DNA of 64,000 nt. Origin: an uncultured Solirubrobacterales bacterium (GTDB lineage: Bacteria > Actinomycetota > Thermoleophilia > Solirubrobacterales > 70-9). Position 1 is the first letter of the stretch, and each line of letters begins with the position of its first letter. A program made the translations under genes and the position numbers. Location: NCBI GenBank assembly GCA_963769035.1, contig CAVYKD010000001.1:83415-147414 (forward strand), in the 5' to 3' direction. Shown in pieces: positions 30,205 through 40,534 of this stretch. Below the pieces are notes generated by a model, which saw only the letters and a list, made by a program, of their open reading frames with translations, had not been told where the DNA came from and made no database searches.

Positions 30205-30272
30205 CTAAGTCGCCGAAAAGAGTACCTGGGCGCCGACGCCGGCCCGGCGATCGGCTGGGCGAAGGCTCGCAG

Positions 30273-31057
30273 TCAGGCCGGCCCGTCGAGCAGCCCGGCC
30301 TCGCGCAGCGCCCGATGGGCGCGCTCGCGCAGCGCCGCCTCCTCGCCGGCCTGGCGCGTGGCCGCGAACCGGCGCGGCCCGTGGACGTCGATCCGGACCC
30401 CCTCGGTGGTCATCTCGGCGACGTCGACCGCGGACGGCTCGAGCGGCTCGAGCGCGGCTGCGGGCGGCCGCGAGGTCGGCCCCGGGCGGCACCCACAGCG
30501 AGGCGACCGAGGGGCGCCGTGGTCGCCGGTCGAGTGGTTGACGACTACGCCGGTCACCACCTGCTCGTTCGGGACGATCACAAGGCGCCCGTCGCCGGTG
30601 TCGATGAAGGTGTAGGAGAGGGTCAGGTCGTCGACGCGGCCGGTCTCCTCGCCGATCGTGACCCGATCGCCGATCCGGATCGGCTGGGAGATCGGCGAGG
30701 ACGATCCCGGCGAGCGGGTTCGCGAGCACCTGGCGCGCGGCGATGCCGAGGATCAGCCCGAGGACGGCGCTCGAGGCGAGCAGGCCGGTGGCGAGCTTGT
30801 TGAGCTTGGTGAACTGGCTCAGCGCGAGCGCGAGCCCGATCAGGACGATGGTCACGAAGACCAGCCGCCGGACCACCCGCAGGCGGGTCTGCGAGGCGCG
30901 GGAGACTCCGCTTGTCGCCGAGCCTCGAGGTCAGCCGGCCGGCCCGGCCGATCACGAGCCGGTCGATCGCGAAGGCGATCGCGAAGGCGACGAGCACGGT
31001 GATCGGGCGGTCGACCCAGTCGCCGTTCGACTCCCAGAAGGTCTTCTCCATGAACAC
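30273..31057 (-). CDS. Small-conductance mechanosensitive channel (MscS family); about 3 frame changes
   Basis: MFMEKTFWESNGDWVDRPITVLVAFAIAFAI…, LVFVTIVLIGLALALSQF…LLASSAVLGLILGIAARQVLANPLAGIVL, then IGDRVTI-type beta domain and …VPNEQVVTGVVVNHS. Pieces lie in ORFs 30623-31057, 30205-30876 and 30273-30581. Confidence 0.8.
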
Positions 31058-31081
31058 GATCCTGCCAACCTTGCGTCCTCG

Positions 31082-31746
31082 ATGACCACTCGGGCGGTAT
31101 TCCTCGACGCGCTCGGCACGCTGGTCGAGCTCGAGCCGCCGTGGACTCGATCTCGCGCCGCGCGCTCGGGCGAGATGAGCGATGAGCGCGATCGAGCGCG
31201 CCTTCCGGGCCGAGATGGCCTACTACCGCGAGCACGCCGAGCGCGGGAGCGACCCGGGGTCGCTGGCGCTGCTGCGCGCCGACTGCGCCGAGCTGCTCAG
31301 CGAGGCGCTCGGGCAGGAGGTCGGCGTCGAGACGATGATGGCGGCGATCCGCTTTCGCCCGTACGCCGACGCCGGCCCCGGCGCTCCGCGGGCTCCGCCG
31401 CCGGGAGCTGACGCTGGTCTGCGTCTCGAACTGGGACGTCTCGCTCGTCCGGCGTGCTCGCCGCGCCGCGGCTCGCCGAGCTGCTCGACGGGGTCGTCAC
31501 CTCGGCCGAGCGTGGGCGCCCGCAAGCCGGACCCGGAGATCTTCCGCGCCGCGCTCTCGGCTGGCGGGCTGCAGCCCCGAGGAGGCACTCCACGTCGGCG
31601 ACACGCCCGGCGAGGACGTCGCCGGCGCCCGGGCCGCGGCGATCCCGGCGCTGCTGATCCGGCGTGGCGGCGAGGGTCTGGCCGAAGGCGACTGCAGGGG
31701 CCGGATCGCCTCGCTCGCCGAGATCGTGGACCATCTGCGCCCGTGA
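31082..31746 (+). CDS. HAD-superfamily hydrolase; several frame changes
   Basis: Motif I context MTTRAVFLDALGTLVELEPPW. Later …LVCVSNWD… and …EEALHVGDTPGEDVAGARAAAIPALLI. Stop is TGA 31744-31746, overlapping the next gene's GTG. Confidence 0.7.
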
Positions 31747-32493
31747 ACGAGTCGCCGCCAAGCTCTCGCCCCCCCGAGCCCGGCCGCTTTCGAGCAGCCG
31801 ACCGCGCCCGAGCGCGAGAGCGCCGCGGGCCCCTGGGGACCCGGCGGCGCGCTCGGTGGGGTCGCGATGGCCCTCCTGCTCGTCGTCTTCGGGACGATCC
31901 CCGTGTTCGCGCTCGCCGGCGAGGACGGGCTCGACGCGACGATCGGCTCGCAGCTCGTGCTCGAGGGCGCCTTCCTCGGCGCCGCGATCTACTTCGCCAC
32001 CCGCGGCGGGATCGCGCTGGCGGCGGCCCTCGGGAGGCTCGGGTTGCGCCGCCCCAGGGTCCCCTGGCTCGGCGTCACCGCGCTCACCTTCTTCGCCTAC
32101 CTCGTCTTCGCGGTGCTCTTCAGCCAGCTCATCGCCGATCCCGAGCAGGTCGATGTCGCCGACCAGCTCGGCTTCGACCAGAGCACGCTCGGCGCGATCT
32201 CGGCCGCGTTCCTGATCGTGATGCTCGCCCCGCTGGCGGAGGAGGTCTTCTTTCGCGGGCTCTTCTTCGGCGGCCTTCGGGCCCGGCTCTCCTTCCCGGC
32301 CGCGGCGCTGATCTCGGGAGCGTTCTTCGGCTCGATCCATCTGGTCGGCGGCAACTGGGCCGTCGCGGTCCAGCTCGCGGTCCTCGGCGTCGGGCTCGCA
32401 TACCTGTACGAGCGCACCGGCTCGCTGTGGGCGCCGATCAGCCTGCACACGGTCAACAACGCGCTCGCCTTCCTCGTGCTCGTCAGCAGCTAG
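31743..32493 (+). CDS. CPBP-family (CAAX/Abi) intramembrane glutamic protease; probable frame change near the C7 run ~31775
   Basis: Motifs APLAEEVFFRG, FFGSIH and SLHTVNNALAF in ORF 31867-32493. The upstream high-GC3 reading links to GTG 31743 (GTGA overlap with the HAD gene). Confidence 0.8.
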
Positions 32494-32548
32494 CGCGCCC
32501 GGTCGCCGAGCGCGACGATCCGGGTCCTGCGCGTGCGACAATCGGGCC

Positions 32549-33586
32549 GTGAAAAATCTCTCCCATGTCGCCATCGGGGGTTTGGCGACCGCCGCCCTGA
32601 TCCTGTTTCCGCTCGAGGCCCTCGCCGAGGACTCCGTGCCCACCGCGACGCTCGAGCCGTCGAGCGCGGCCCCGCTCGACCGTGACGCCGGGAGCGGCGA
32701 GGCGCCCGCGGCGGCGCCGGCGAAGCTGCGATTGAAGTTGAAGGGGCTGAAGGGGGGCGACGTCCGGGTGGGCGACCGGGTCAGCGTGATCGGCACGGTG
32801 CGCCCGTTCGTGCCCGGTCAGCGGGTCGAGGTGAGGCTCGGCAACCGCGGCGACACCGTGTTCAAGAGGACCCCGTTCGTTCGCCGGGTGAAGGGCAGGG
32901 GCTTCGGCCGGCTCACGCTGCGCTCGAAGCCGATCGTGGACTCGGGCAAGTACCGGGTGCGGGCCCGAAAGGCCGCCACGCCGGGCCAGTCCGGCGCCAC
33001 CGCGAAGTCGAAGAAGTTCGGGGTCAGCTACCCGGACGTCGACCCGGGCGACCGCGGGCCCGAGATCTCGCTGTTCAACAAGCTGCTTCGCGAGGCCGGC
33101 TACTACGACACCGACGGGCACAGGTACGGCTCGCACACCGAGCGCGCGGTGATGGCGTTTCGCAAGGTCAACGGCATGGCGCGCAACTTCAACGCCGACG
33201 CGAAGATCTTCGCGATGCTGGCCGCGGGCAAGGGCGGGTTCAAGGTTCGAGACCCCGGGCTCGGCAGGCACGTCGAGGTCGATATCTCCAGGCAGGTGAT
33301 GGCGCTGATCGACGACGGCGAGCCGAAGTACGTCTTCCACGTCTCGACCGGAGCGCCCGCGACCCCGTCCGATCGCGGCAAGTTCACCTTCTACCGGAAG
33401 GACCCCGGGTTCAACTCGATCGGGATGTACTACTCGGTCTACTACAACCGCGGCGAGGCCACCCACGGCTACCACTCGGTGCCCACCTACAACGCCAGCC
33501 ACGGCTGCATCCGAAACCCGATTCCCGACTCGGTCTTCATCTACAACTGGATCCACCTCGGCGAGACGATGTATGTCTACGACTGA
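32549..33586 (+). CDS. L,D-transpeptidase (YkuD) with peptidoglycan-binding domain and signal peptide
   Basis: Intact. Signal peptide MKNLSHVAIGGLATAALILFPLEALA. PG-binding-like LFNKLLREAGYYDTDGHRYGSHTERAVMAFRKVNGM. Catalytic THGYHSV…SHGCIRN. Confidence 0.88.
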   Translation: MKNLSHVAIGGLATAALILFPLEALAEDSVPTATLEPSSAAPLDRDAGSGEAPAAAPAKLRLKLKGLKGGDVRVGDRVSVIGTVRPFVPGQRVEVRLGNRGDTVFKRTPFVRRVKGRGFGRLTLRSKPIVDSGKYRVRARKAATPGQSGATAKSKKFGVSYPDVDPGDRGPEISLFNKLLREAGYYDTDGHRYGSHTERAVMAFRKVNGMARNFNADAKIFAMLAAGKGGFKVRDPGLGRHVEVDISRQVMALIDDGEPKYVFHVSTGAPATPSDRGKFTFYRKDPGFNSIGMYYSVYYNRGEATHGYHSVPTYNASHGCIRNPIPDSVFIYNWIHLGETMYVYD

Positions 33587-33611
33587 GCCGATCCCGCCGC
33601 TCAGCAACTAG

Positions 33612-34169
33612 TTGTCCGCAGCCCGGCAGATCCTGGTCGAGGAGCTGCGCGAGCATGCGCTCGTGATCGGCGAGGTGACGCTCTCGAGCGGCAGGACGGC
33701 CTCCTACTACGTCGATGCCAAGCGGGCCCTCCTGCGAGCCCCGGCCTATCGCGCCGCGGGGGAGCTGATCGCCGGCACCGCGAACGAGCTCGGCGCCGCG
33801 GCCGTCGGCGGGATGACGATGGGAGCCGATCCGCTCGCCTGCGCCGCGATCGGCGACCCGGCCGGGAGCGAGCTGGTCGCCTTCTTCGTCCGCAAGCAGC
33901 GCAAGGAGCACGGCCTCGAGCGATGGGTGGAGGGGCCGCCGCTCGCCCCCGGTACCCGTTGCCTGGTGGTCGAGGACGTGGTCACCACCGGCGGCTCGAC
34001 CGTGCGGGCGATCGAGCGGATCCTCGACGAAGGGCTCGCGATCGCCGGCGTCGTCTCCGTCCTCGATCGGCTTGCCGGCGGCGGCGCCGCGATCGAGGCA
34101 GCCGCCGGCGCCCCCTACCGGGCGCTGACGACGATCGACGACGTCTACCCCGGCCGGCCCGAGTCCTAG
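33612..34169 (+). CDS. pyrE: Orotate phosphoribosyltransferase
   Basis: Intact, TTG start. TLSSGRTASYYVDAK, and PRPP-binding motif CLVVEDVVTTGGS. Confidence 0.9.
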   Translation: MSAARQILVEELREHALVIGEVTLSSGRTASYYVDAKRALLRAPAYRAAGELIAGTANELGAAAVGGMTMGADPLACAAIGDPAGSELVAFFVRKQRKEHGLERWVEGPPLAPGTRCLVVEDVVTTGGSTVRAIERILDEGLAIAGVVSVLDRLAGGGAAIEAAAGAPYRALTTIDDVYPGRPES

Positions 34170-34218
34170 CCCGCGCCCCTGGCTCCGCGCGCCGCGCGGA
34201 CCGCCGGCCGAGCCGAGC

Positions 34219-34809
34219 TCATCGGCCCCCGGGCGGGCGGCTTCTCAGCGAGGCGACGACCCGGTGGGCGAGCTCCCGCGACTTTGCGGACTCCGGGCCC
34301 GCCTTGGCGGCGACCAGCACCGTGAAGGCGACCACCCCCTCTCGGCGCAGAGAGATCAGCTCGACCCGCTGAGCGACCCCGCCGCGCGCGCTGACGCCGC
34401 GCGCCGTGGCCGAGCTGCCCTCGTAGCGGTGCGGGTAGCGGCGCGCTCGGCCCGGTGAGAGCGGCCGCCTGTAGCCGGGCACCGCGGCGAGCGCCCGGCG
34501 GGCGAACTCGTCCGGATCGAAGCCGAGGGCCTCGTCGGTGCGGTCGGGGCTCACCTGGATCGAGACCAGGCGATCGCGCGAGCGGATCAGGGTCGAGGCG
34601 CCGACGTCGCGGGCCACCCATCCGGGCGGTAGCCCGATCACGAAGCCGCCCGCCCTGCTGACATAGGGGCGCCAATCCGAGGACAGCTCGGGCGGCTTGT
34701 CGGCGCGCTCCGCCGGCCGCGGCGGAGGCGATGGCCCGTCGGAGCCACCGCAGCCGCCCAGCGCGGCGAGGATCCCAAGCGCGGCGAGCAGGCCGCGCCG
34801 GCGGGTCAC
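34219..34809 (-). CDS. Lipoprotein of unknown function
   Basis: Intact. Lipobox LAALGGC. The start overlaps the stop of the upstream ORF (ATGA-type overlap, 34806-34809). Confidence 0.65.
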   Translation of the reverse strand: MTRRRGLLAALGILAALGGCGGSDGPSPPPRPAERADKPPELSSDWRPYVSRAGGFVIGLPPGWVARDVGASTLIRSRDRLVSIQVSPDRTDEALGFDPDEFARRALAAVPGYRRPLSPGRARRYPHRYEGSSATARGVSARGGVAQRVELISLRREGVVAFTVLVAAKAGPESAKSRELAHRVVASLRSRPPGGR

Positions 34810-35177
34810 GACCCCGCGTCGGGCGGCCGGCGCCTGGTGCGCTGGTTGATCCGCCGCAGCGGGTGGACGACCCGGTTGACGTCCTCGAGCTGCGGCTCGA
34901 CCCTGGCGATCGACTCCTTCATCTCGCCGACGTCACCCGACATCGCCTCGACCCCGGCGCGCATCCGGCTGACCTCGGCGTTGAGCGTGTCGACCCGGCC
35001 CTCGATCCCCTGCAGGGTGGTCAGCAGCTTCGGGAGCACCGCCATCCCCTCGGCGATCGCGCGGATGTCGCCGAGCACGCCGCCGATCAGCCGCGGCAAC
35101 TCGAGCGGATGTGAGGCGGCGCGCCGCTCGAGCGCGGCCTCCGGGACGGTCCGCGATTCGGTTGGCTCCTCGGTCAT
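34806..35177 (-). CDS. Hypothetical coiled-coil protein
   Basis: Intact 123-aa ORF. Heptad-like stretch LQGIEGRVDTLNAEVSRMRAGVEAMSGDVGEMKESIARVEPQLEDVNRV. 4-nt overlaps with both neighbours. Confidence 0.6.
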   Translation of the reverse strand: MTEEPTESRTVPEAALERRAASHPLELPRLIGGVLGDIRAIAEGMAVLPKLLTTLQGIEGRVDTLNAEVSRMRAGVEAMSGDVGEMKESIARVEPQLEDVNRVVHPLRRINQRTRRRPPDAGS

Positions 35178-36016
35178 CGGGATCTCCTTCGCAACGAGTA
35201 GACGGTGATGTCCTTCGGCACGCCCTTGGCCCGGAAGAGGAGCTTGCGCCGGGTCTGGAACGCCTCGCTCTCGATCTCCGAGAGCGCCCGGTCGGAGACG
35301 AGCAGCTCGCCGGCCGAGGCCTCGTCGGACACCCGGGAGGCGATGTTGACGTCGACCCCGAAGAGGTCCTCGCCGAGGTGCTTCGGCCTCCCGACGTGCA
35401 TCCCGGCGCGCATGCGGGGACGGTATCCCTCGGCCTCGACGGACTCGAGGCGGTCGAGGGCCTCGAAGACGGCGGCGGCGCCCTCGGCGGGGTCGTGGAA
35501 GGCGGCCATCATCCCATCGCCGAGCCGCTTGACCACGATCCCCTCATGGGCGCGAACCGGGGGCTCGATCGCCTCGCCGACGTCGCGCAGCAACGCGACC
35601 GCGAGGTCGTCGCCGACCCGCATCGCCCAGTCGGAGAAGCCGACGAGATCGGTGAACACGATCGCGACATCGTCGGATCCCGGTTTGCGGCCGGCCGTCA
35701 CCGCGACCGCCTCCCAGACCTGCAGCGCGGAGAGCCCGGCCTCCTTGAAGACGCCGGGGCGCTCGGCGGCGAGCTCGCCGAGGCGCCGTCCGACCTGGCT
35801 GCGCGAGCTCGAGCCCCCGGTCGAGAGCGGGTCGCCGTAGCGGCTGTCGCCGGGCAGGAGCTCGCGGGCAAGCTTGAGCGCCGTCATCAGCCCGAGCCCC
35901 CGCAGGCGCTCGTCCTCGCTCTTCTCGCCCGCCTCGCCGCCGGGAGAGTCCTCGCCGGCCCGGGGCCGCTCGGCTCGGTCGCGATCCGGGTCCGGCTCGC
36001 TCGGGTCCTCCATCAA
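35174..36016 (-). CDS. Class III adenylate cyclase with disordered acidic N-terminus
   Basis: Intact. VAIVFTDLVGFS (metal-binding Asp), VKRLGDGMMAAF (Lys, adenine-specifying position), GVDVNIASRV. Confidence 0.85.
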   Translation of the reverse strand: MMEDPSEPDPDRDRAERPRAGEDSPGGEAGEKSEDERLRGLGLMTALKLARELLPGDSRYGDPLSTGGSSSRSQVGRRLGELAAERPGVFKEAGLSALQVWEAVAVTAGRKPGSDDVAIVFTDLVGFSDWAMRVGDDLAVALLRDVGEAIEPPVRAHEGIVVKRLGDGMMAAFHDPAEGAAAVFEALDRLESVEAEGYRPRMRAGMHVGRPKHLGEDLFGVDVNIASRVSDEASAGELLVSDRALSEIESEAFQTRRKLLFRAKGVPKDITVYSLRRRSR

Positions 36017-36101
36017 CCTGGATTACACCACCTCGCCCGGAACCGTTACATGGGCAGATGTAGAGATCGGCGCGGCGAGCGGCGCGGCGAGGGCTCGAGA
36101 G

Positions 36102-36174
36102 CGCCCCGGGTAGGAGTCGAACCTACGGCCTACCGCTTAGGAGGCGGTCGCTCTATCCACTGAGCTACCGGGGC
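36102..36174 (-). tRNA. tRNA-Arg (anticodon CCT), 73 nt, CCA not encoded
   Basis: Hand-folded cloverleaf: acceptor GCCCCGG/CCGGGGC; D-arm GCTC-AGTGGATA-GAGC; anticodon arm ACCGC-CTCCTAA-GCGGT; variable loop AGGCC; T-arm GTAGG-TTCGACT-CCTAC; discriminator G. Confidence 0.93.
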
Positions 36175-36185
36175 CGGGCGGGAGT

Positions 36186-37145
36186 CTAGGTCGGCTCGCC
36201 GATCGAGCTCAGCCGCGGCGTCTCGGCCCTGAAGCGCTCGGCGGCGCCGAGGTCGAAATCGCCGTGATCGGAGCCCAGCCCGCCGGCGACGATCGCCGCC
36301 ACCGCGCAGCCGAGGCTGGCCGCCTCGTCGCGGTCGCGACCAAGGGAGAGGCCGCGCAGAAAGCCAGCCGAGAACGCGTCGCCGCAACCGGTGGTATCGA
36401 CGACCTCGGTGGCGAACGCCGCGACCCGCCGGTCACCCGTCTCGTCGACGATCAACGCCCCGTCCGCGCCGCAGGTCGCGACGACGCAGCCGGCGCCGCG
36501 TTCGCGCAGCGCCTCGCAGCCCGCCGCCAGCTCGCTCTCGCCGGTGAGCGCGAGCACCTGCTCGTCGTTGGGCAGCAGGTAGTCGAGATGAGGCAGGGCC
36601 GCGGCGATCCACTCGAGCAGCCCCGGCTCGCCGGGCGCGAGCACGTCGGCGGAGGTGGCGATCCCGGCCTGCGTGGCGCGGGCGAGGATCTCCGCAGAGG
36701 CCTCGCCACCGAGGAACTCGGGACCGCCGAGATGCAGGTGGGTCGCGCCGGAGAGCTCCTCCCAGCGCACGTCGGCGGGCCCGTAGGTTGCGTTCGCGCC
36801 GACGACGTGGAAGGCCGGCCGCTCGCCGGAGGCGCGGATCGGGAGCACGCTCGCCGAGGTCTGCACGCCGGATCGGCGGACGAGCTGGGTGGTCTCGACC
36901 CCGCCGCGCTCGAGCAGCGAGGTGAGCATCTCGCCGACCGCGTCGTCGCCGATCGCGCCTGCGCTCAGCACCTCGGCGCCGAGCTTCGCGAGGGTCAGCG
37001 CGGTGCCGCCCGCCGAGCCGGCGGCGGTGATCCGGATCTCGTCGACGAGGGCGCCGCCCTGCCCCTCGGGGATCGCCTCGACCGGGCGGACCAGCACGTC
37101 GAGCACGTGCACGCCCATGGCCACCGCTCGCATCGGCTCGCTCAT
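36186..37145 (-). CDS. PfkB/ribokinase-family sugar kinase
   Basis: Intact. Start ATG 37145 overlaps the aldolase stop (ATGA). GGALVDEIRITAAGSAGGTA region. C-terminal TTGCGDAFSAGFL (PfkB signature 2). Confidence 0.82.
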   Translation of the reverse strand: MSEPMRAVAMGVHVLDVLVRPVEAIPEGQGGALVDEIRITAAGSAGGTALTLAKLGAEVLSAGAIGDDAVGEMLTSLLERGGVETTQLVRRSGVQTSASVLPIRASGERPAFHVVGANATYGPADVRWEELSGATHLHLGGPEFLGGEASAEILARATQAGIATSADVLAPGEPGLLEWIAAALPHLDYLLPNDEQVLALTGESELAAGCEALRERGAGCVVATCGADGALIVDETGDRRVAAFATEVVDTTGCGDAFSAGFLRGLSLGRDRDEAASLGCAVAAIVAGGLGSDHGDFDLGAAERFRAETPRLSSIGEPT

Positions 37146-37804
37146 CCGCCCTCCGCCGCCGGTCTCACCGCTCCGTAGCCACGCTCGAGCACCGCCGCGA
37201 CGACGGCCTGCTGCTGCTCGAGGTCGAGCGCGCGGGGGGTGCCGAGCCTGGCCGCCTGCGCGTAGATCCCGCAGGCCCATTCGAGCAGCAGCGAGCGCTC
37301 CACCGCCCCGTCGAGGTCGTCGGCGAAGGCGATCGCCCCATGGTTGGCCATCAGCGCGGCGGTCTTCCCGTCGAGCGCGCCGAGCACCGATTCGGCGAGC
37401 TCGGCGGTCCCGAAGGTCGCATACGGAGCCACCCGGACGCTGCCGCCGAGCGTGAGCATCGCGTAGTGGATGCAGGGGAGCTCGTCGAGAACGCAGGCGA
37501 GCGCGGTCGAGAGCGGCGCGTGGGTATGGACGACGGCTCCGGCGCCGAAGCGCTCGAAGACGGCGAGGTGGAGGCCGAGCTCGGACGTCGGCTCGAGCTC
37601 GCCCGCGACCAGCTCCCCCGTCCGATCGACGACGCTGACCTGCTCGGGCTCGATCTCGGCGAGGGTCGCGCCGGTGGGCGTGATCGCGATCAGGTCCCCG
37701 GCGGCGGCGCTGAGGTTCCCCGCCGTCCCGATCACCAGGCCCTCGTCGGCGAGCCGGCGGCAGGCGGAGGCGATCGCGGAGCGCTCTGCCGCAAGCGCGC
37801 TCAC
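37142..37804 (-). CDS. Class II aldolase/adducin-family protein (fuculose-phosphate aldolase / MtnB-like)
   Basis: Intact. GTAGNLS, ITPTG, PTSELGLHLAVF, VVHTHAP and MANHGAIAF motifs. Confidence 0.82.
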   Translation of the reverse strand: MSALAAERSAIASACRRLADEGLVIGTAGNLSAAAGDLIAITPTGATLAEIEPEQVSVVDRTGELVAGELEPTSELGLHLAVFERFGAGAVVHTHAPLSTALACVLDELPCIHYAMLTLGGSVRVAPYATFGTAELAESVLGALDGKTAALMANHGAIAFADDLDGAVERSLLLEWACGIYAQAARLGTPRALDLEQQQAVVAAVLERGYGAVRPAAEGG

Positions 37805-37925
37805 CGGCGAGCGTCCCCGGCGAAGGCGGCGCGGCGAGTCGATCGCTCCTTCATCGAGGGGATGCTATTCCGGCGCGGCGAGCCGGAGCCGCCGACGCTC
37901 CGAAGCTGCCATCATCGCCCCCTCG

Positions 37926-39435
37926 ATGGGCGGTCGGCCGACAGCGGAGGGGGTCTCGCGACGAGGCCTGCTCGGCGGCGCCGCCACCGCGACCGCGGGC
38001 GCGGCGCTCGGCGGCCTGCCCAGCGCCCGGGCGAGGCCGAAGCGCCGGCTCAAGCGCCGGGCCGACGTGGTCGTCGTCGGCGCCGGGTTCGCGGGCCTGA
38101 CCGCCGCGCGCGAGATCGAGCGCAAGGGGCACTCGGCGATCGTCTCGAGGCCCGCGACCGGGTCGGCGGCCGGGCGCTCAACGCCGACATCGGCGACGGC
38201 GAGGTCACCGAGCGCGGCGGCACCTTCGTCGGCCCGACCCAGGATCGGATCCTGGCGCTCGCCGAGAAGCTCGGCGTCGGCACCTTCCCGACCTACAACG
38301 AGGGCGAGAACGTCTACATCACCTCCGGCGCAGCGCCTGCGCTACTCCGACACCGGCGTCACCGGCACCGCGCCGCCGGACCCGGTCGATCCTTCCCGAC
38401 CTCGCGCTCGTCGTCAGCGATCTCAACGACACGTCCACCCGGGTCCCGGTCGACGCGCCCTGGGAGGCGGCCGGAGCCGCCGAGCTCGACGCGCAGACGC
38501 TCGCGGCCTACATCGAGCAGAACAGCGCCACCCCGCAGTTCCGCGAGCTGGTCCCGATCGCGACGCGGCCGATCTTCGGCGCCGAGCCGCGCGAGCTCTC
38601 GCTGCTCTTCGTCCTCTTCTACATCGCCGCGTCGGGCAACGAGCGCAACGTCGGGCACCTTCGAGCGCAACTTCAACACCCGCGGCGGCGCCCAGGAGTC
38701 ACGCTTCGTCGGCGGCTCGCAGGAGATCTGCTTCCGGGTCGCGAAGGGGCTCGGCCGTCGCGTGATCCTGCGCTCGCCGGTGCGGCGGATCGTGCAGACC
38801 AAGCGCGGCGTCACCGTGCACTCGCGCCGGGTCACGGTCAAGGCGAAGCGGGCGATCGTCGCGATCCCGCCGGTCCTGACCGGCCGGATCGACTACGAGC
38901 CGGGCCTGCCGAGCGAGCGCGATCGAGCTCGTCGAGCGGCTCCCCCAGGGCTACCTGACCAAGGCCACGGTCGTCTACGAGAAGCCGTTCTGGCGCGATC
39001 AGGGCCTGACCGGCCAGGTGCTCGCCACCGCGGGGCCGATGAACGCGACCTTCGACGACTCGCCCGAGGACGGCAGCACGGGCGTCATCTTCGGCTTCAT
39101 CGGCGGCGATTCGGGCCGCGGCTTCTCGAAGCTCCCCCGCCGGGCCCGCCGCGACGCCGTCGTCGCCGAGCTCGTCGACTTCTTCGGCCCCGAGGCGGCG
39201 AGCCCCGAGCGCTACATCGAGACCGCCTGGACAGAACGAGACCGTACAGCCGCGGTTGCCCGGTGGCGATCCCCGCGCCCGGCGCCTGACAGCGCGCTAC
39301 GGGCCCGCGCTGCGAGCGCCGGTCGGGCGGATCCACTGGGCCGGCACCGAGACCTCGAACTACTGGAACGGCTACATGGACGGCGCGGTGCGCTCCGGCG
39401 AGCGCGCCGCGACCGAGGTCCTCGACCTCCTATGA
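37926..39435 (+). CDS. Tat-exported flavin-containing amine oxidase; about 6 or more frame changes
   Basis: Twin-arginine signal [29 protein letters not shown] fold [28 protein letters not shown]-terminal [28 protein letters not shown]. Fragments in ORFs 37470-38765, 37340-39289 and 39018-39551. Confidence 0.8.
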
Positions 39436-40534
39436 GCCGGCGACGGGCGGCGGCGGCGTTGCTCGCGCTCGGCGCGGTCTGCTCCCTCGGCGCCTCGGCG
39501 AGCGGAGCCGAGGCGCTCGCGAGCGCTTCGAGACCCGCGTGCTCGGCCTGATCGCGAACGCCGGGCTTCCCGGCCCACGCCTACGTCGCGCCGACGAAGC
39601 GCGTCTACGAGGGCACCTACACGAACCCCGGCGGCGACTCGGTGCCCTCGCGGGTGTTCGAGTTCGCCAAGCAGGGCGCCCTGCTGCGCTCTTGGACCGT
39701 CAGGGGCCAGGACTCTGAGCGAGGACCACGGCGTCCAGGTCGCGACCAGCGACGCGCGCGAGCGCCTGGTGCTGCTCGACAAGGCGCCCGCCCGGGTGCT
39801 GCTGCTCAACCTCCGCAAGGGCAAGCAGCTCGAGTACGCCAGCTTTCCCGCCGCGGCGACCCCGAACTACGCGGCCTGGGGACCGGCGCGGCGAGCTCTA
39901 CGTCACCGACTACACCCACCGCCGTGCTCTGGCGGATCCCGCCGGGCGGCGGCATGGCCGAGCCGTGGCTCGAGGACCCCCGCCTCGAGGGCGAGGGGTT
40001 CGGCAGCACCGGGCTGGAGCTGAGCGCCGATCGACGCCACCTGCTGCTCGCGACCCAGAGCTCGGCCGGCGGTGGCGACGGCAACCCGGCCACCGGCAAG
40101 CTGTACGAGATCGACGATCGCCTCCGGCGGCGGGCCCGGGGCGATCCGGACCCTCTGGGAGAGCCAGCCGCTGGACGCGCCCGACGGGTTCGCGATCGCC
40201 GAGAGTGGGCGGATCTACATGTCGCTGCTGCTCGCCAACCAGATCGCCGTGATCGAGCCCGACGGCGCGGAGGTCGAGCGCTTTCCGGAGGGCTCGCTCG
40301 GGCGAGAACGGCTCCTCGATCCCCTTCGACAACCCCTCGAGCGCCGCCTTCCTCGGCCGCCGGCTGATGATCGCCAACCAGAGCTACCTCAACGGCGACC
40401 CCCGTCACCAGGCGGTTCTCGATGTCTTCGTCGGTGAGCCTGGGCTGCCGGAGATGATTCCGAAGCGCGCCGGGCTGAAGCCCGCGAAGCGTCGCCCGGC
40501 GAGCGCTCAGGCCTCGTCGTCCGGCTCGTCGTAG
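39432..40534 (+). CDS. Secreted beta-propeller protein (SMP-30/gluconolactonase/strictosidine-synthase-like); several frame changes
   Basis: ATG 39432 overlaps the oxidase stop. Signal peptide [28 protein letters not shown]. Fragments …[17 protein letters not shown]…, LYVTDY.., [57 protein letters not shown] at 40532-40534. Confidence 0.6.

Noticed and set aside
36017-36185. tRNA-Arg as an integration hotspot, with a genomic island or prophage nearby.
   Set aside because: There is no integrase, no direct repeat of the tRNA 3' end, no compositional shift and no phage- or IS-like genes on either side. The flanking genes look like ordinary chromosomal genes.
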